Below are positions 36,502-48,319 of a DNA stretch of 64,000 nucleotides, piece by piece. A program made the position numbers and the translations under genes. The stretch comes from Alloascoidea hylecoeti. Lineage: Eukaryota. Below the pieces are notes generated by a model. That model did no database searches. It saw only the letters and a program-made list of their open reading frames with translations, and had not been told where the DNA came from. The stretch is taken from the NCBI GenBank assembly GCA_001600815.1, contig BCKZ01000012.1, positions 485,546 through 549,545 of the forward strand. Reading direction: 5' to 3'. Numbering within the stretch: the stretch's first letter is position 1; every line of letters begins with the position of its first letter.

Positions 36502-38238
36502 TCACAATACTTCCGAATTCCATAAATCCCTTTGGAACTTAAACCAAAATGGTAATAATGTTTCTTCCGGTAGTTGTACTTTGATTGGACTAATCGATGG
36601 ATATTCATCTCCTTGAATTGATGTATTCGATTGATAAAAATCTTTATGATTATGCTTTTTAAATTTAGAATTAGTTTGTTGGGATCCTGATCTAGTGTCA
36701 TAAATATTAGCATTGTACTTTTGTTGGGGTTTTGTTATTTCTGTTTCCTTTTTGGAATATGATTCTGTTTTTGATTCTATACTACTATTTAATGATTCAA
36801 ATGATGATTCCGGGTCAATTTTATTATCATTATCATCATTATCATCATTATCATTATCATTATCATTATCATTATCATTATCATTTTTCATTGTATTTTC
36901 TTTTTCATTAATATTCTTTCCCCCAGACTCACAATTAACATTTACATTTAATAAATTTATATCTCTTAAATAAGCTTCACTTTTTAATCTTTGTGCCTTT
37001 TCATAATCTGTAATTGAAAAATCTTCATCAATATTAATTTTTTTTTGTTTTTCTTCTTTTTTCAATTTTTGATGTTTCTTTTTTCTCATTTTCATAATTT
37101 TAACTAAATTTTTAGGAATTTGTGGAGATCCTGATGGTCCTTCATTTTCATTTTCATATCCATAATTGTAATCATATCCATACCCATGATCTTCTTTTGA
37201 CTGTGATGTTAAATAATCTATTTCTGTTTCTTCTTGATTAATATTGGATTTTGGAGTTTGAACCATATAATTATAATTAGTACCATCTGTATTAGTGGTG
37301 TTAGTTATTGATTGTTGAATTTGTTCTGGTAACGTTATCACAGGCTCTTCAAAATCAAAAATATCATCCTTATCAATGGTATTTTCAGGACCTTTATCTG
37401 TTTCAGGCGTTATCTCAATTTCATTTCTACTTTTATTTTTATTTTTATTTTTATTTTGGCTTTCGTTTTCATATCCACTTTTATTTTCGTTTTCATTTTT
37501 TTCGATTTCAAGTTCAGTTTCATTACTTATTTCAAAACCAGGTTCTTCAACTTCAATTTCATTTCTCTTTTGATTCTCCCCAAAATTTTTAATTGCTGAA
37601 TTTAAATTTAATCGATTATTATCAATTAATTCTAATTTAACCAATTCTAAAAAACCTTCAGCAAGATAATGAGATTTCCCTCCACTAAATACTTTAAATT
37701 CATTAATAATTGCTCCATAACTCCATTTTGTTAATTTTCGAATTATACCTGCAAAACAATTTGTTGAATCAATAATTAATATTGGATAATTATTACAATT
37801 TAATATTAATTGTAATGTATTTATAATTATTGGTGGTGTTAATGTCATCCAATTATCTTCCATTGGTCTATGTTGCCATGGCCTTAATCCAACATGTTCT
37901 AATTTTATACCATTATTTATTGTTATTGTATGATTTGATGTTGATATTGAAGAAGTTGGTGAATTTGTATTTGAAATTTCATTAATACTTGTGTTATTTT
38001 CTAATTTTATTTGTTCATTACCATTACTATTTATATTAATATTTTCATGAAATTGATTTTGTGAATAAGAATCACCATTAATGAAATTCCGTAATGGTCT
38101 TGATGGTTTCTCCGGATTCATCAATATGATCATCCGCAACTGTAACGTTTCAAGAAACGGAAGATTTAAAGGATCAACAGATGTACATCGATATAGATTA
38201 TTTTCAATTAATCCAAAATTATCAGGAGGAACCAACAT
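36502..38238 (-). CDS. OCA4: Oca4, Siw14/Oca-family phosphatase-like protein with low-complexity N/D/E inserts
   Basis: MLVPPDNFGLIE..LYRC...PLNLPFLETLQL N-terminus and LP.E..LP.WF..QR..W C-terminus. Confidence 0.8.
   Translation of the reverse strand: MLVPPDNFGLIENNLYRCTSVDPLNLPFLETLQLRMIILMNPEKPSRPLRNFINGDSYSQNQFHENININSNGNEQIKLENNTSINEISNTNSPTSSISTSNHTITINNGIKLEHVGLRPWQHRPMEDNWMTLTPPIIINTLQLILNCNNYPILIIDSTNCFAGIIRKLTKWSYGAIINEFKVFSGGKSHYLAEGFLELVKLELIDNNRLNLNSAIKNFGENQKRNEIEVEEPGFEISNETELEIEKNENENKSGYENESQNKNKNKNKSRNEIEITPETDKGPENTIDKDDIFDFEEPVITLPEQIQQSITNTTNTDGTNYNYMVQTPKSNINQEETEIDYLTSQSKEDHGYGYDYNYGYENENEGPSGSPQIPKNLVKIMKMRKKKHQKLKKEEKQKKINIDEDFSITDYEKAQRLKSEAYLRDINLLNVNVNCESGGKNINEKENTMKNDNDNDNDNDNDNDDNDDNDNKIDPESSFESLNSSIESKTESYSKKETEITKPQQKYNANIYDTRSGSQQTNSKFKKHNHKDFYQSNTSIQGDEYPSISPIKVQLPEETLLPFWFKFQRDLWNSEVL
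36821..36883. repeat. (TTATCA)n-type microsatellite encoding DN repeats in OCA4
   Basis: Read directly. Confidence 0.85.
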
Positions 38239-38438
38239 TTTTCAGTATTATATAATGCTGAGTAACAGACGACAGAAATAAGAGTACGGTGTCGTCACCT
38301 GACTGTAAACACCCGTCCATCCACCGCTTCCACCAATCACACGCAACTCTTTGTCATGCCGGCGAAGAACACCCAGACATCATGGGGCTATTTATTACAA
38401 TCCAATTTTCCGATTTACGATTTTCCAACAATACAAAA

Positions 38439-39311
38439 ATGTTACGTTGTTTGACTCCAAAATCATCTTCACTACGACCTTTTTCGGTGTGTCTTCGGTG
38501 TTCTGTTGCCACTCTCTCTACTTCAACCTCCTTGAGTGTAAATAGCAATAACGCTTCCAAGGATTCAAATAGGGCTAAAAGGTTCTTGCAAACGGACCAA
38601 AGGTCGGTTAATAATGACCCGTTTTTCCCAAATCCTACAACACAATCTTCTCCAAATTCAACTTCTACAACATCCTCCGAGAATTCTTTTAAATGGGCAA
38701 GCCACTCCCTTCCTCGAGCGCCCAAGCGAACTGCTCGATCCTTTGGAGCAAGACTACCTACCCAATCAACACCCAAACCCCAACCAAATCAAACTACATC
38801 TTCACCTTCATCCACGATATCTTTAACTGATCCTTCTCTTCCAACGTCCAATTCTTCTACCCCCGCCCCAACGCTGGCACCTGAACCTACACCTTCTGCA
38901 TCTACGTCCACTTCCATTTCCACTTCCCCTGCTCCTATACCTAACAACACCACATCCAAAAAACCCCGCAGAAAACTACGACCAAGAAAAGCAGTCATCT
39001 CTCTAACCCCATCGGCCATTTCACATCTACGTGCACTTCAATCATCCCCATCTCCTCAAATGATCCGAATAGGTGTTCGAAACCGGGGATGTTCCGGACT
39101 TTCCTATTATTTAGATTATGTTTCGAAACCAGGTCCATATGATGAAGAAGTTATACAAGATGATGTTAAAGTTTTGGTTGATTCAAAAGCTTTATTTAGT
39201 GTAATTGGTAGTGAAATGGATTGGGTACAAGATAAATTGGCAAGTAAATTTGTTTTTAGAAATCCAAATTCAAAAGGTCAATGTGGTTGTGGTGAATCTT
39301 TTATGGTTTAA
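38439..39311 (+). CDS. ISA1: mitochondrial A-type Fe-S cluster assembly protein; start at MLRCL
   Basis: Presequence-like N-terminus; RIGVRNRGCSGLSY, DSKALFSVIGSEMDW, NPNSKGQCGCGESFMV. Confidence 0.93.
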   Translation: MLRCLTPKSSSLRPFSVCLRCSVATLSTSTSLSVNSNNASKDSNRAKRFLQTDQRSVNNDPFFPNPTTQSSPNSTSTTSSENSFKWASHSLPRAPKRTARSFGARLPTQSTPKPQPNQTTSSPSSTISLTDPSLPTSNSSTPAPTLAPEPTPSASTSTSISTSPAPIPNNTTSKKPRRKLRPRKAVISLTPSAISHLRALQSSPSPQMIRIGVRNRGCSGLSYYLDYVSKPGPYDEEVIQDDVKVLVDSKALFSVIGSEMDWVQDKLASKFVFRNPNSKGQCGCGESFMV

Positions 39312-42300
39312 AATTTAAATTACTCATTACTCAATATAAAATAGACTTATAAATTCATTCATCATATAATAAATTAAATTAAATTAAAAAAGTATAGAAA
39401 TTTGAAGACATTTTTGTTATCTTTTTAATCTTTAACCATGAATGAAGGTGTGAATAATAACATAATAAATCGTACCACTTTCTATTTTGACATTTATGAC
39501 GTAATTGCTATTATGCACGTGTGTGTCATCTGTTGATTATTGATTGCTGACTAACTAGGGTCACGCTACAGGCTTACAGTTTGGAATCTTTGGATTAAGC
39601 CATTCTATATTATTTACTTTCATATTTTTGAGTAATATTAGGACAATATTTAACTGAGATGCTTTTTCCTTGATTCCAGTAACAATTTAAATTTCATTAA
39701 TTTGATATTGATATTGTTTAAGAGAAATTGTGTCTATTAATTATAGGTTATAATATTGACTATTTTACTGAATTTAACTAAAGACGACCATGTCGTACAA
39801 AAAATCCATATTACCTCTTGTTGATTGCTCAAAACCGGATATCTAACAGAATATTTTTAAATTGATTCTTATTACTTCGAATTCAAAGTTTATTATGAAT
39901 AGGTATTTACTTTATTTGACTACAGGTAGGTTTTTAAAAAAGGATTGTCCGTGAATCTTTTTCAAAACTCATATTTAATTTTTGAGTCCCAAGTTTGTTT
40001 CTATACTTGATATGGATATATATTTTTAATATAATAATGATGTCCTGACATTAATCTTGATGATCTTATAGAAAAATATCTTCTAATTACATTTTTTGGA
40101 GGTCTTAGAGAAGAAAAAGATTTAGTTAAACTATCATAAGTTTGTTTCAATTATGGTGGCTTATTTTCACATCGTCTCTCACCCTAATAATCTATATATA
40201 CACAAGAATAAGTAGATGGCGACTATCTCTATTTATGATTACATTGACTTCATGATGTTTATAATTATTGGAATTATGTTTCTTTTTTCTATTTTTATTC
40301 TATTATGGGATTCTCCCAAGACTGTGTTTGTATTTCCGTTTGTGTTTATATCTCTGTTTATGTTTGCACCATTATATCTACCCTCGGCATCCCACTAAAT
40401 TGTTAATAAACAACCATTTAAATCATTAATTTTATAGATTTTAACTGAAATGGGGCATAAAAATGTTTAGCTTTAAATGAAAATTTGTTTTTACAAATAA
40501 TACTTTACATTTCAATTTTTTTTCAGAATAAAAAAACATAACAAAAACATAATTGCTTTCTAGAGAACAGGAAGTCTTGGAATTTCTAAACTGACTATAC
40601 CTCTAATGTACGCTAAAAATGATAGGATATATTTTAGAATTAGAGAATTTTGAATGATTTTAGAAAAAAATATGTAATCCTAAGAATACATACAAGTGTA
40701 AACTGTAGATTGAGTTCTTTGTGTGGCTCTGGAAAATCAGAAAACGAATATTCTTCCTCAGCATTGGTCAACCACTTCATACTTTGCTTGTCAGCACATC
40801 ATATTCGTAGATGGTACTTAACCGATTTATTTCCCTCATTGAATATACATTAAGTTTCACCTGTATTTCGAATGTTCCTTTGATTGTAGTTGAATAACCA
40901 GTATTAACCATTCTAACCAGTTATACCTCTTTTCTATAATCTAGTAAGAAATCCCCTAAACTACTAGCCTCAAAAAGGGTTTCACAAGTAAAAAAACACA
41001 TGGAAAAATATCAGAAGGAAAGCGCTGAAGCAATAAACCCTTAAAAATATTTGATTAAAGTTTGCAACAACTAGAATTCATCCTTTCAACGATTGATAAG
41101 AGTTCAGATAGATTTGGGTGGGCGAAAAGAGGTAGAAAAAACTTATAAAGCGTGGTTGGAAAACTTGAAAACATATGAGATATCTGACGATGATATCTGA
41201 ACATCTTATATTAACTCAAATTTCCACCACAATGTTCACTTATCCCCGAAAAACTATTCGAAGTGGAACTCAGCCTTCTAAGAGGGGAAAGGTACTAATT
41301 ACATACAATTTTTTAGGTATAACAAAGAAAAATGTGTATCGGAAGCTTGAAGCTAGTGAGCTCAATACGTTATATTAATTAATTATATAAATCGTAGAAG
41401 AACGCTCACATTGCTTGTATTCTGGATACGATGCAAAGAAAGAAGTTCGCTGCAGGAATCCCTGTATGACATAGATAATTATTAATTATAATAATAGGCT
41501 GCTACGATTTACTTACAGTTCTTTATTATTGTTACCAAAATAAATAGTTTGGTCCATGGTTCATCATGATATGCAGGGTGTCTTTCAGGGCGCCCCTGCA
41601 GGAGGAGAGTTGCATATTATGCCCAACATTACCAACCAATTGTGGCAGCGATGTGGCTATGTCCAGGATTAGTAGGATAAAATATTATCCATAACAACAT
41701 ATTATAATATGCTTATAATTATATTACAAAATAGAGTATTACTGAAAAAATTATATCAATCAGAATATCGAAGTATTATTGCTCAAAATATTCAATTATG
41801 TTTTTAAGTGAAGACTAACATGCTGAAATTTCATGTAGTTATTTCCAAATTGAAACATATTATAATTTTATAATTAATAATTAATATAAAGTCAATTACA
41901 AAACTTTTTTTCTTACATCAAACCTACTATGACCCTGCACTTGGAACAGGTAATTCAAAGTCAAGCGCTATATACTAGCCCTTAACTTGGATATTATAAA
42001 AAGGTTTAGTGGTGTATACCGGTAAACGGTTTAATAAACGGTTTATTATACATCTATATAGCTGAAATTGATCATCTATTTAGTCTTTACAATGCCGTGA
42101 CTTCTTTTTGAATTTTTTTTGTTTAATGAGAGAATTGAACAATTTTCCATACCAGTAATAACTTTTCATGATAATTTTTAATCAAACAATAACGTTGACA
42201 CAACGATCAACAATAATATTTTGGCGTGTTAATGTTACTTGTTTATCAGATAACTGCATCAAAAATATATGATACTTTATTTTGTTTATAATTATTATTT

Positions 42301-45095
42301 TAACTTTAGATATATTTAAAATTTCAAAGTTTATGGAAGTGTTACACATTATAGCTTATGAAGTTTATATTTTGGTTATGCTTATATTACAAATTCAAAA
42401 TTTAAACACAAACCTTCAAGCTTTAACCATATGCTCCAAAATTATGACGATTTGGTATAGTAATTTAACAAATGTTGCAATTGCAACTTCTTCCATAAAG
42501 ATATGTATAATTTCTCTACAATACTAATTATGTTAATATTTTTGTTATAATTCTAAAATATATGTATCGCTATCGCGATAAACTTGATTAAGGAACATAC
42601 ACAATGACAAATGCTAATAATTAGGTCTATATTATAAAGTCAACATTAAAATATTTGACACCTGCGTTAGTTCTCAATAATAAAAAAAGAGTAATAAGCT
42701 AAAAATTCAATTCAAAAAAATTTAAATATGAACCACTGGAGTAAATCTAATAAAATTCGCCTCAATCTCAAATTTCTCAATAGATGCACTCAAATTGTAA
42801 CTTCACCATATTAATATTTTTATAAGCGCATACTTGATCTGTTTATATTTCCTTACGATTTAATTATTTAATTATAACTCCATAGTTTGCTCTGAATGGT
42901 TAGATATCCATCATTTTTGAAAAGTTTCTTATATGAGAGTTAATTCATACAATTATAACTATATATATTACTACTCTGATATCTTAATCCGTAATCGGTA
43001 ATTTCTCATAACAAAATTAAGTATAGGTTCAGATTTACACAACTTTAGGTATAGAGTCAATTCTGGATTCTCAAGATCATTATTCTCTGTTAATATTTAG
43101 TTGCAATAAGGTGAAAAGATCATATGCATTTATATTTTATACTTAAAAAAAATTTAATTAAATAAGAATAAAAATAAATTTGATCCTAAGTATTTTGAAC
43201 AATTATGATACATAATTTGTGTAAAAAATCTATAGCTAGGAGTAATTATAAAATAACCTCAGCCAGTTTTTTTAACAAGTCAGATTAAGATATATATAAT
43301 TAACACAATATATGGGAAATGGCATGTAACAATATATATATAGGGATATATATCAGTTGATAAAAATTTATTCATAGGTTGCAACTGAGCTTCCAGAAAG
43401 TTAACAATTAAAATATTAACATATTAATCAATTAAACTTGATTATTTAAACTAATGATTGTGGAAAGGTAAAAGCTTTTATAGCCGAAAAAAATGTTATT
43501 TATAGAGTAGACGAATCATTAACTTCAGCACCTGATGTTCTGAGTTTTATTCCTTAAATCTATTTCTATTTTCAGTTATTTGAAATTCTAAACCAAATCT
43601 ATATTGCAAATTCAAAGGATCAATAGGATTGAAAGAACATTAGAGAAAATGAGCAGCCATCTTTGCTAGAAATATCCTTCCCTTTCAGCTGCCGGAGTGT
43701 TTAACCAATGCAAGATCCATGATGAATCTGGCCTTTTTTTCTCAATCAACTCGTATTTTGTGTACATACATGTATATGCTGCATACTCTTAAAGTTTACA
43801 TTTGCAAAGCTTGAGCAATATATATATAACTATAAAACTTAAAACTTGTGTTAATAGGAATCTAGTTTTTATACCGTGGTAATTATAAATAACGTGTTTC
43901 AATATGCATTTCAGTTGCATCTTGAGTATGAGTAAATGTGGTAGAGTCAGTAGTAATAAATTAATAAAACCGAGAATTTAAAGCTAAACATCAAACAACT
44001 ATGTGAAAGAAGCTATTTTTATGTATGAATTACTAAACTGGCATTGTGTATGTAATATCATAATATTATAATCATGAATTTGGAGTTAAGGAAGGAAGGA
44101 GAAAACAATGAGTTCAACCTCATAATCATGGAAAAATTTCGCACAGAATTTCCTTTTTCTAAGTCATTTTTAGTCACTAATTATAAATTATGGCCCGTAA
44201 TATATGATTAAATAATTTTGAAGAATATTTTTGCCTTCATTATCATATATTCTTGACGTATCGACAAGTCATATTTTGAGGATCGATCAAGTACAATCAT
44301 GGCCATCCCTATTTGACTGGTTAATTTAATGAACGGCAGGAAGCCCTACATCTATGTGCACTATGTAAGCTATCATTGAGCGATCCATACAGACTCATAC
44401 AGCTGTTGAGTCAGTGTTGAGTAATAAGTTACGTATATATATGTACACTAAAGGTTCTCCTCTCTTTTTATCATAAGATGCACACACTAATTCTAATTAT
44501 AATTAGCTTGCTTTGGAATTTGAATTTATGGTTAGGGTTAAACACTAACTATATACTTTAGAGCTTCATAGATATGACCGACAGTGAAAAATCATACTAG
44601 TTGATGTTACAATACTTCCTCTTGATTAACTATTATAGAATAGATGATTATCCATATACAATGAAAAGTAGGGGATAGTGAACTACATGATGATGAAATG
44701 CATTCAAAAATTACTTAGATATGCAAACATTTGATTAAATAAATTTAGGTTTAGATTTCCTACGTTATACTGATCGACTCTTTCTAAAGGGCTAGACGCA
44801 ACTTCTTCTTAGGATATATCGCCGGAAGATGAAGGAAAATGAACTATATAGATTTGATTATAGATTACAAATTTTTCATTGAAAATGATTGACAGCCACG
44901 TTTACTAATTTTTGGAATACATAATGTTGAAAGTTTAAGAAGATTTGATAATATACTAAGCTGAAAAGCAGGAACAATAAAAATGTTACATAATTATATA
45001 AGCTACATAAAGAAAATAAAAGTATTACAAGGTTGCAATAACGAAAATCTATAGTCTGAATAAATATAAGGAGTCGATTATTAAAATAAAGTCTT

Positions 45096-46727
45096 TTAAT
45101 GGGCGTTTCCTGATTTATATTGACCAGCGGGCATTTGAAAAGATTGATAATTTGCTGATTCATCAGGATATCCATTGTAATTGTTAGTAGCATATTGCTG
45201 ACCAGGTGCAGATTGCTGAACAGTAGTGGGATGCTGCTGTTGCCCAAAAGATGCACCTCCCATAGGAACAGAGCCATAAGTAGAAGTTGATCTAGTTGAT
45301 GTAGAATAATTTTGATTTGAATCAGAGAATGGCATGAACCCAGGACGAGGTCCGTCAACAATTGAACTTTGGCGTTGCTGTTGATTAGGAGTCTGTGTCT
45401 GCGTTAGAGGAGTATGACTTTGTGGCTGAGTGGGAGTTTGTGCTGGTGGAACTTGAGACTGTTGAGCTTGCTGAGGTTGAGATTGTTGAGATTGTTGTTG
45501 AACCTGTTGAGGCTGAGACTGTTGAGGTTGATAAGTTTGACTTTTGCCCAATTGTGGAATAGAGGCTGGATTGGATGGGCTATAATAGACACCTGATGAT
45601 TCGGTCTTTATATTAGCTGTTGCTGTAGGAGGTTGTTGATTTCCATAGGGCATGCCATAAGCAACATCTTGATGGCCATATCCAGAATGTACCAATTGTT
45701 GAGGCATACCGTTATACGGATGAGGATAAGATATAGGATAAGCAAATTTACCGTTATTAGAATAATTTGCTAATTGTTGTTGACCTAATTGTTGGGGCAA
45801 TTGTTGTGGTATTTGTTGAGGAATTGGAATACCATGTAATGGCTGTCCAATAATTGGTTGACCCGGAATACCTCTGTATTGAACTTGATATTCATATTGA
45901 TTACCACTGAATTCATCATAAAGAGGGTCTTCAGAAGTGGAGGATTTAGATCCAAGGCCGGATTCTTTAACAGCATTCCATAAATCAGCATTTAATTTCA
46001 TATTTTTTAATCCCTCTGAATCAGATGGTCTAGCTAAGCGGTTACTTTGAACGTCCTCTGCAGCATAGTAGGAAACTAAATGAATTGTTTCTTCTTCTGG
46101 GGTAGAAACTGTGATAGACAAAGTTTTCTTTACTAGGCCACGTTCACGAAAAGCATAAGAAGTAACTAAAGAACCAACAAGAGCTCTATTAGGAGTGGAA
46201 GTTGTAGAAGCTCTATTATACTGACCAATAGGTGGATATTGTCCTGGTTGTTGTTGTTGAATGATATTTGATGAAGCTCCAATTGAACCATTGGCAATAG
46301 GATTCAAATGGTTACCTGTGTTTGGAAAAACACCAGCAGCGCCTGAAGGAGAATAGTCATTAAGACCACCTTCATCTTCGTCCTCACGCTTTCTCTTTTT
46401 TCCAGACTTTCTTTTATCACCTTTTCCCTTCTTTTTGTCATTGGTAGCATTTCTATCTAATTCGCGGTAAACAAGAAATCGGCCAAGAATTCTAGAAGGA
46501 GACCAAGCTACACCATCAGTCCATCTTTTGATCCCTGACTTTTCTTCACTGAACACAAAAATATTACCAGATTGAATAAGGTCGGAGCGTTCTCTGTCAT
46601 GTGGTCTTCTTGGAACGGAGGGTAAAGTGTTGTTCAAGGCTGCCTGAATTAAAATTAGAGCGTCCTTCGTGTTGGCAACATAGCCAAAAAATGTAGGATT
46701 TATTTTCGAAGACTGGTTGAAAGCCAT
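45096..46727 (-). CDS. WOPR-family (Gti1/Pac2) transcription factor of the Wor1/Mit1/Ryp1 type with a Q/P/G-rich C-terminus
   Basis: PTFFGYV..TKDALILIQA, RRPHDRER..LI.SG.IFVF.E..SGIKRWTDG..WSPSRILGRFLVYREL; WOPRb LVGSL..SY.F...GLVKKTLS, HLVSYY. Confidence 0.92.
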   Translation of the reverse strand: MAFNQSSKINPTFFGYVANTKDALILIQAALNNTLPSVPRRPHDRERSDLIQSGNIFVFSEEKSGIKRWTDGVAWSPSRILGRFLVYRELDRNATNDKKKGKGDKRKSGKKRKREDEDEGGLNDYSPSGAAGVFPNTGNHLNPIANGSIGASSNIIQQQQPGQYPPIGQYNRASTTSTPNRALVGSLVTSYAFRERGLVKKTLSITVSTPEEETIHLVSYYAAEDVQSNRLARPSDSEGLKNMKLNADLWNAVKESGLGSKSSTSEDPLYDEFSGNQYEYQVQYRGIPGQPIIGQPLHGIPIPQQIPQQLPQQLGQQQLANYSNNGKFAYPISYPHPYNGMPQQLVHSGYGHQDVAYGMPYGNQQPPTATANIKTESSGVYYSPSNPASIPQLGKSQTYQPQQSQPQQVQQQSQQSQPQQAQQSQVPPAQTPTQPQSHTPLTQTQTPNQQQRQSSIVDGPRPGFMPFSDSNQNYSTSTRSTSTYGSVPMGGASFGQQQHPTTVQQSAPGQQYATNNYNGYPDESANYQSFQMPAGQYKSGNAH

Positions 46728-48008
46728 TATGGTTTTTAATAAGAAAGTAGTGTACAATTGCAGAATCGAAGAAAGGTTTTAAGAAGGAAGGATAATATTA
46801 ATTATATATTTCGCCAAATTAGATTAACAATAAAAGTTTTAAAATAAAATTGAATTTCTAACTTTGCCGAATTAAGCATATGCATAGCTGCGCAACCCGT
46901 TGCGCGTCTACGTGCAGATACTCCCACGCACTCCTTTGCATACACTTGTTCATTAATGCACTACCGCATATCACTTGTACGGAATTACTGTTTTTTCTAA
47001 CTACAGAATGAGCATGCATATACGACGGCCATGTGATGTTCAACTGCAGTCTAGGTCCTTCCTTGGAGTCTGAAAGTGGTAATTGTGAAGGGGGCGGGAT
47101 TGGTCACCCCCAGTTAAAACCGTACCAAAAGCAACCGACTTAGCAAACAATAATGGCCCTGCCTTCACCAATATTAACAGGACTCCAAAGCCAGAGAATC
47201 GTAGCAAGAATATTCACCATAAAACAGAAGCAGTGGAGGTTTTCCAAGTTGAAAAATTTTATGTGGGACAATATCTTATGTATCGGCCTGTGTTGGAGTG
47301 TTTCAGTTTGTCTATTGTGCCGGCTTCCTTCTCCTTGCCGTTGTCGGCCGACAACTTAAATATCCTTTTCTTGACCTCAGGTAGTTGATTGTAATATCTT
47401 ATATAAATGATGCAACCAAGTTTCGGGTATCATAGGCTAATGTAGAATCGGATTTACGACTGGAATAGACTTCACAACCTAGTCCGATACAAAACAATTA
47501 TGGAGTTTCATTCATGAATACCAAAACCTGATTATTCTTCCTTGTCGTGAGCTCCATATAGCCATCCACAATAGTCACAGGAGGGTTAGGTACTAACAAC
47601 TAATATTAGTTATCTAAAATTTTCAGTTTAAAGTTACCTTGGTCATACTTGAAGTTAATTTCAAAAGTGTATTGTTGGAAAGCTATGAGTACATGCTACA
47701 CCCTCGGAGATCACCCTCTAAATTTTGGTGTATAGAGGTTACCTGTTATTATATATTTATTAGTATTAAAGAAATCGAAACCAATATTATCAATATTAAT
47801 GAAATAAATTATATATATATATATCAAATTTAATACTTTAATGGTTAAGCATAATAATAGTAAATTTAAATCTACAATTGGTTAAAATAAAATTTAAATA
47901 TTAATTATAATATTATAATTAGAATATCCAAGTGTCAATTTTGTGTCAATTGTAATTAACGTTATAATTATATAGGCATTTACACTTACACTTTTTAAAT
48001 AAGAAACC

Positions 48009-48319
48009 ACTCCAACCACTAAAAACTTTGTTTCTTCTATTTGTTTCTTTATTTCATTATAACTCACATACCACTCTCGATCCATAGCCAATTACAAATT
48101 ATACTTACAGATTAAATACCATCTCGACACCATATGCAATATATTAACCCAATTCAATTGATACGTATATACAAAAACTCTATGGCATTGGAAAGCTATG
48201 GAAGTTGAGCTATGAAATTTCTATAATATTACAATCAAAACGTATAAGTTTAATTTAATATGGAATTAACCTCAATATATATAGTTAAATCTACTCCAAC
48301 CACTAAAAACTTTGTTTCT
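48009..48319. repeat. 27-bp exact direct repeat (48009-48035 and 48293-48319)
   Basis: ACTCCAACCACTAAAAACTTTGTTTCT occurs twice. Confidence 0.85.

Noticed and set aside
44687..44773. box C (ATGATGA) ... box D (CTGA) snoRNA-like spacing
   Set aside because: No terminal stem and no guide I can match to rRNA.
47031..47073. CCTTCCTTGGAGTCTGA resembling the U14 snoRNA 3' end
   Set aside because: One base short of the U14 motif, no proper box C or domain A, and far too short; probably coincidental. An Rfam scan would settle it.
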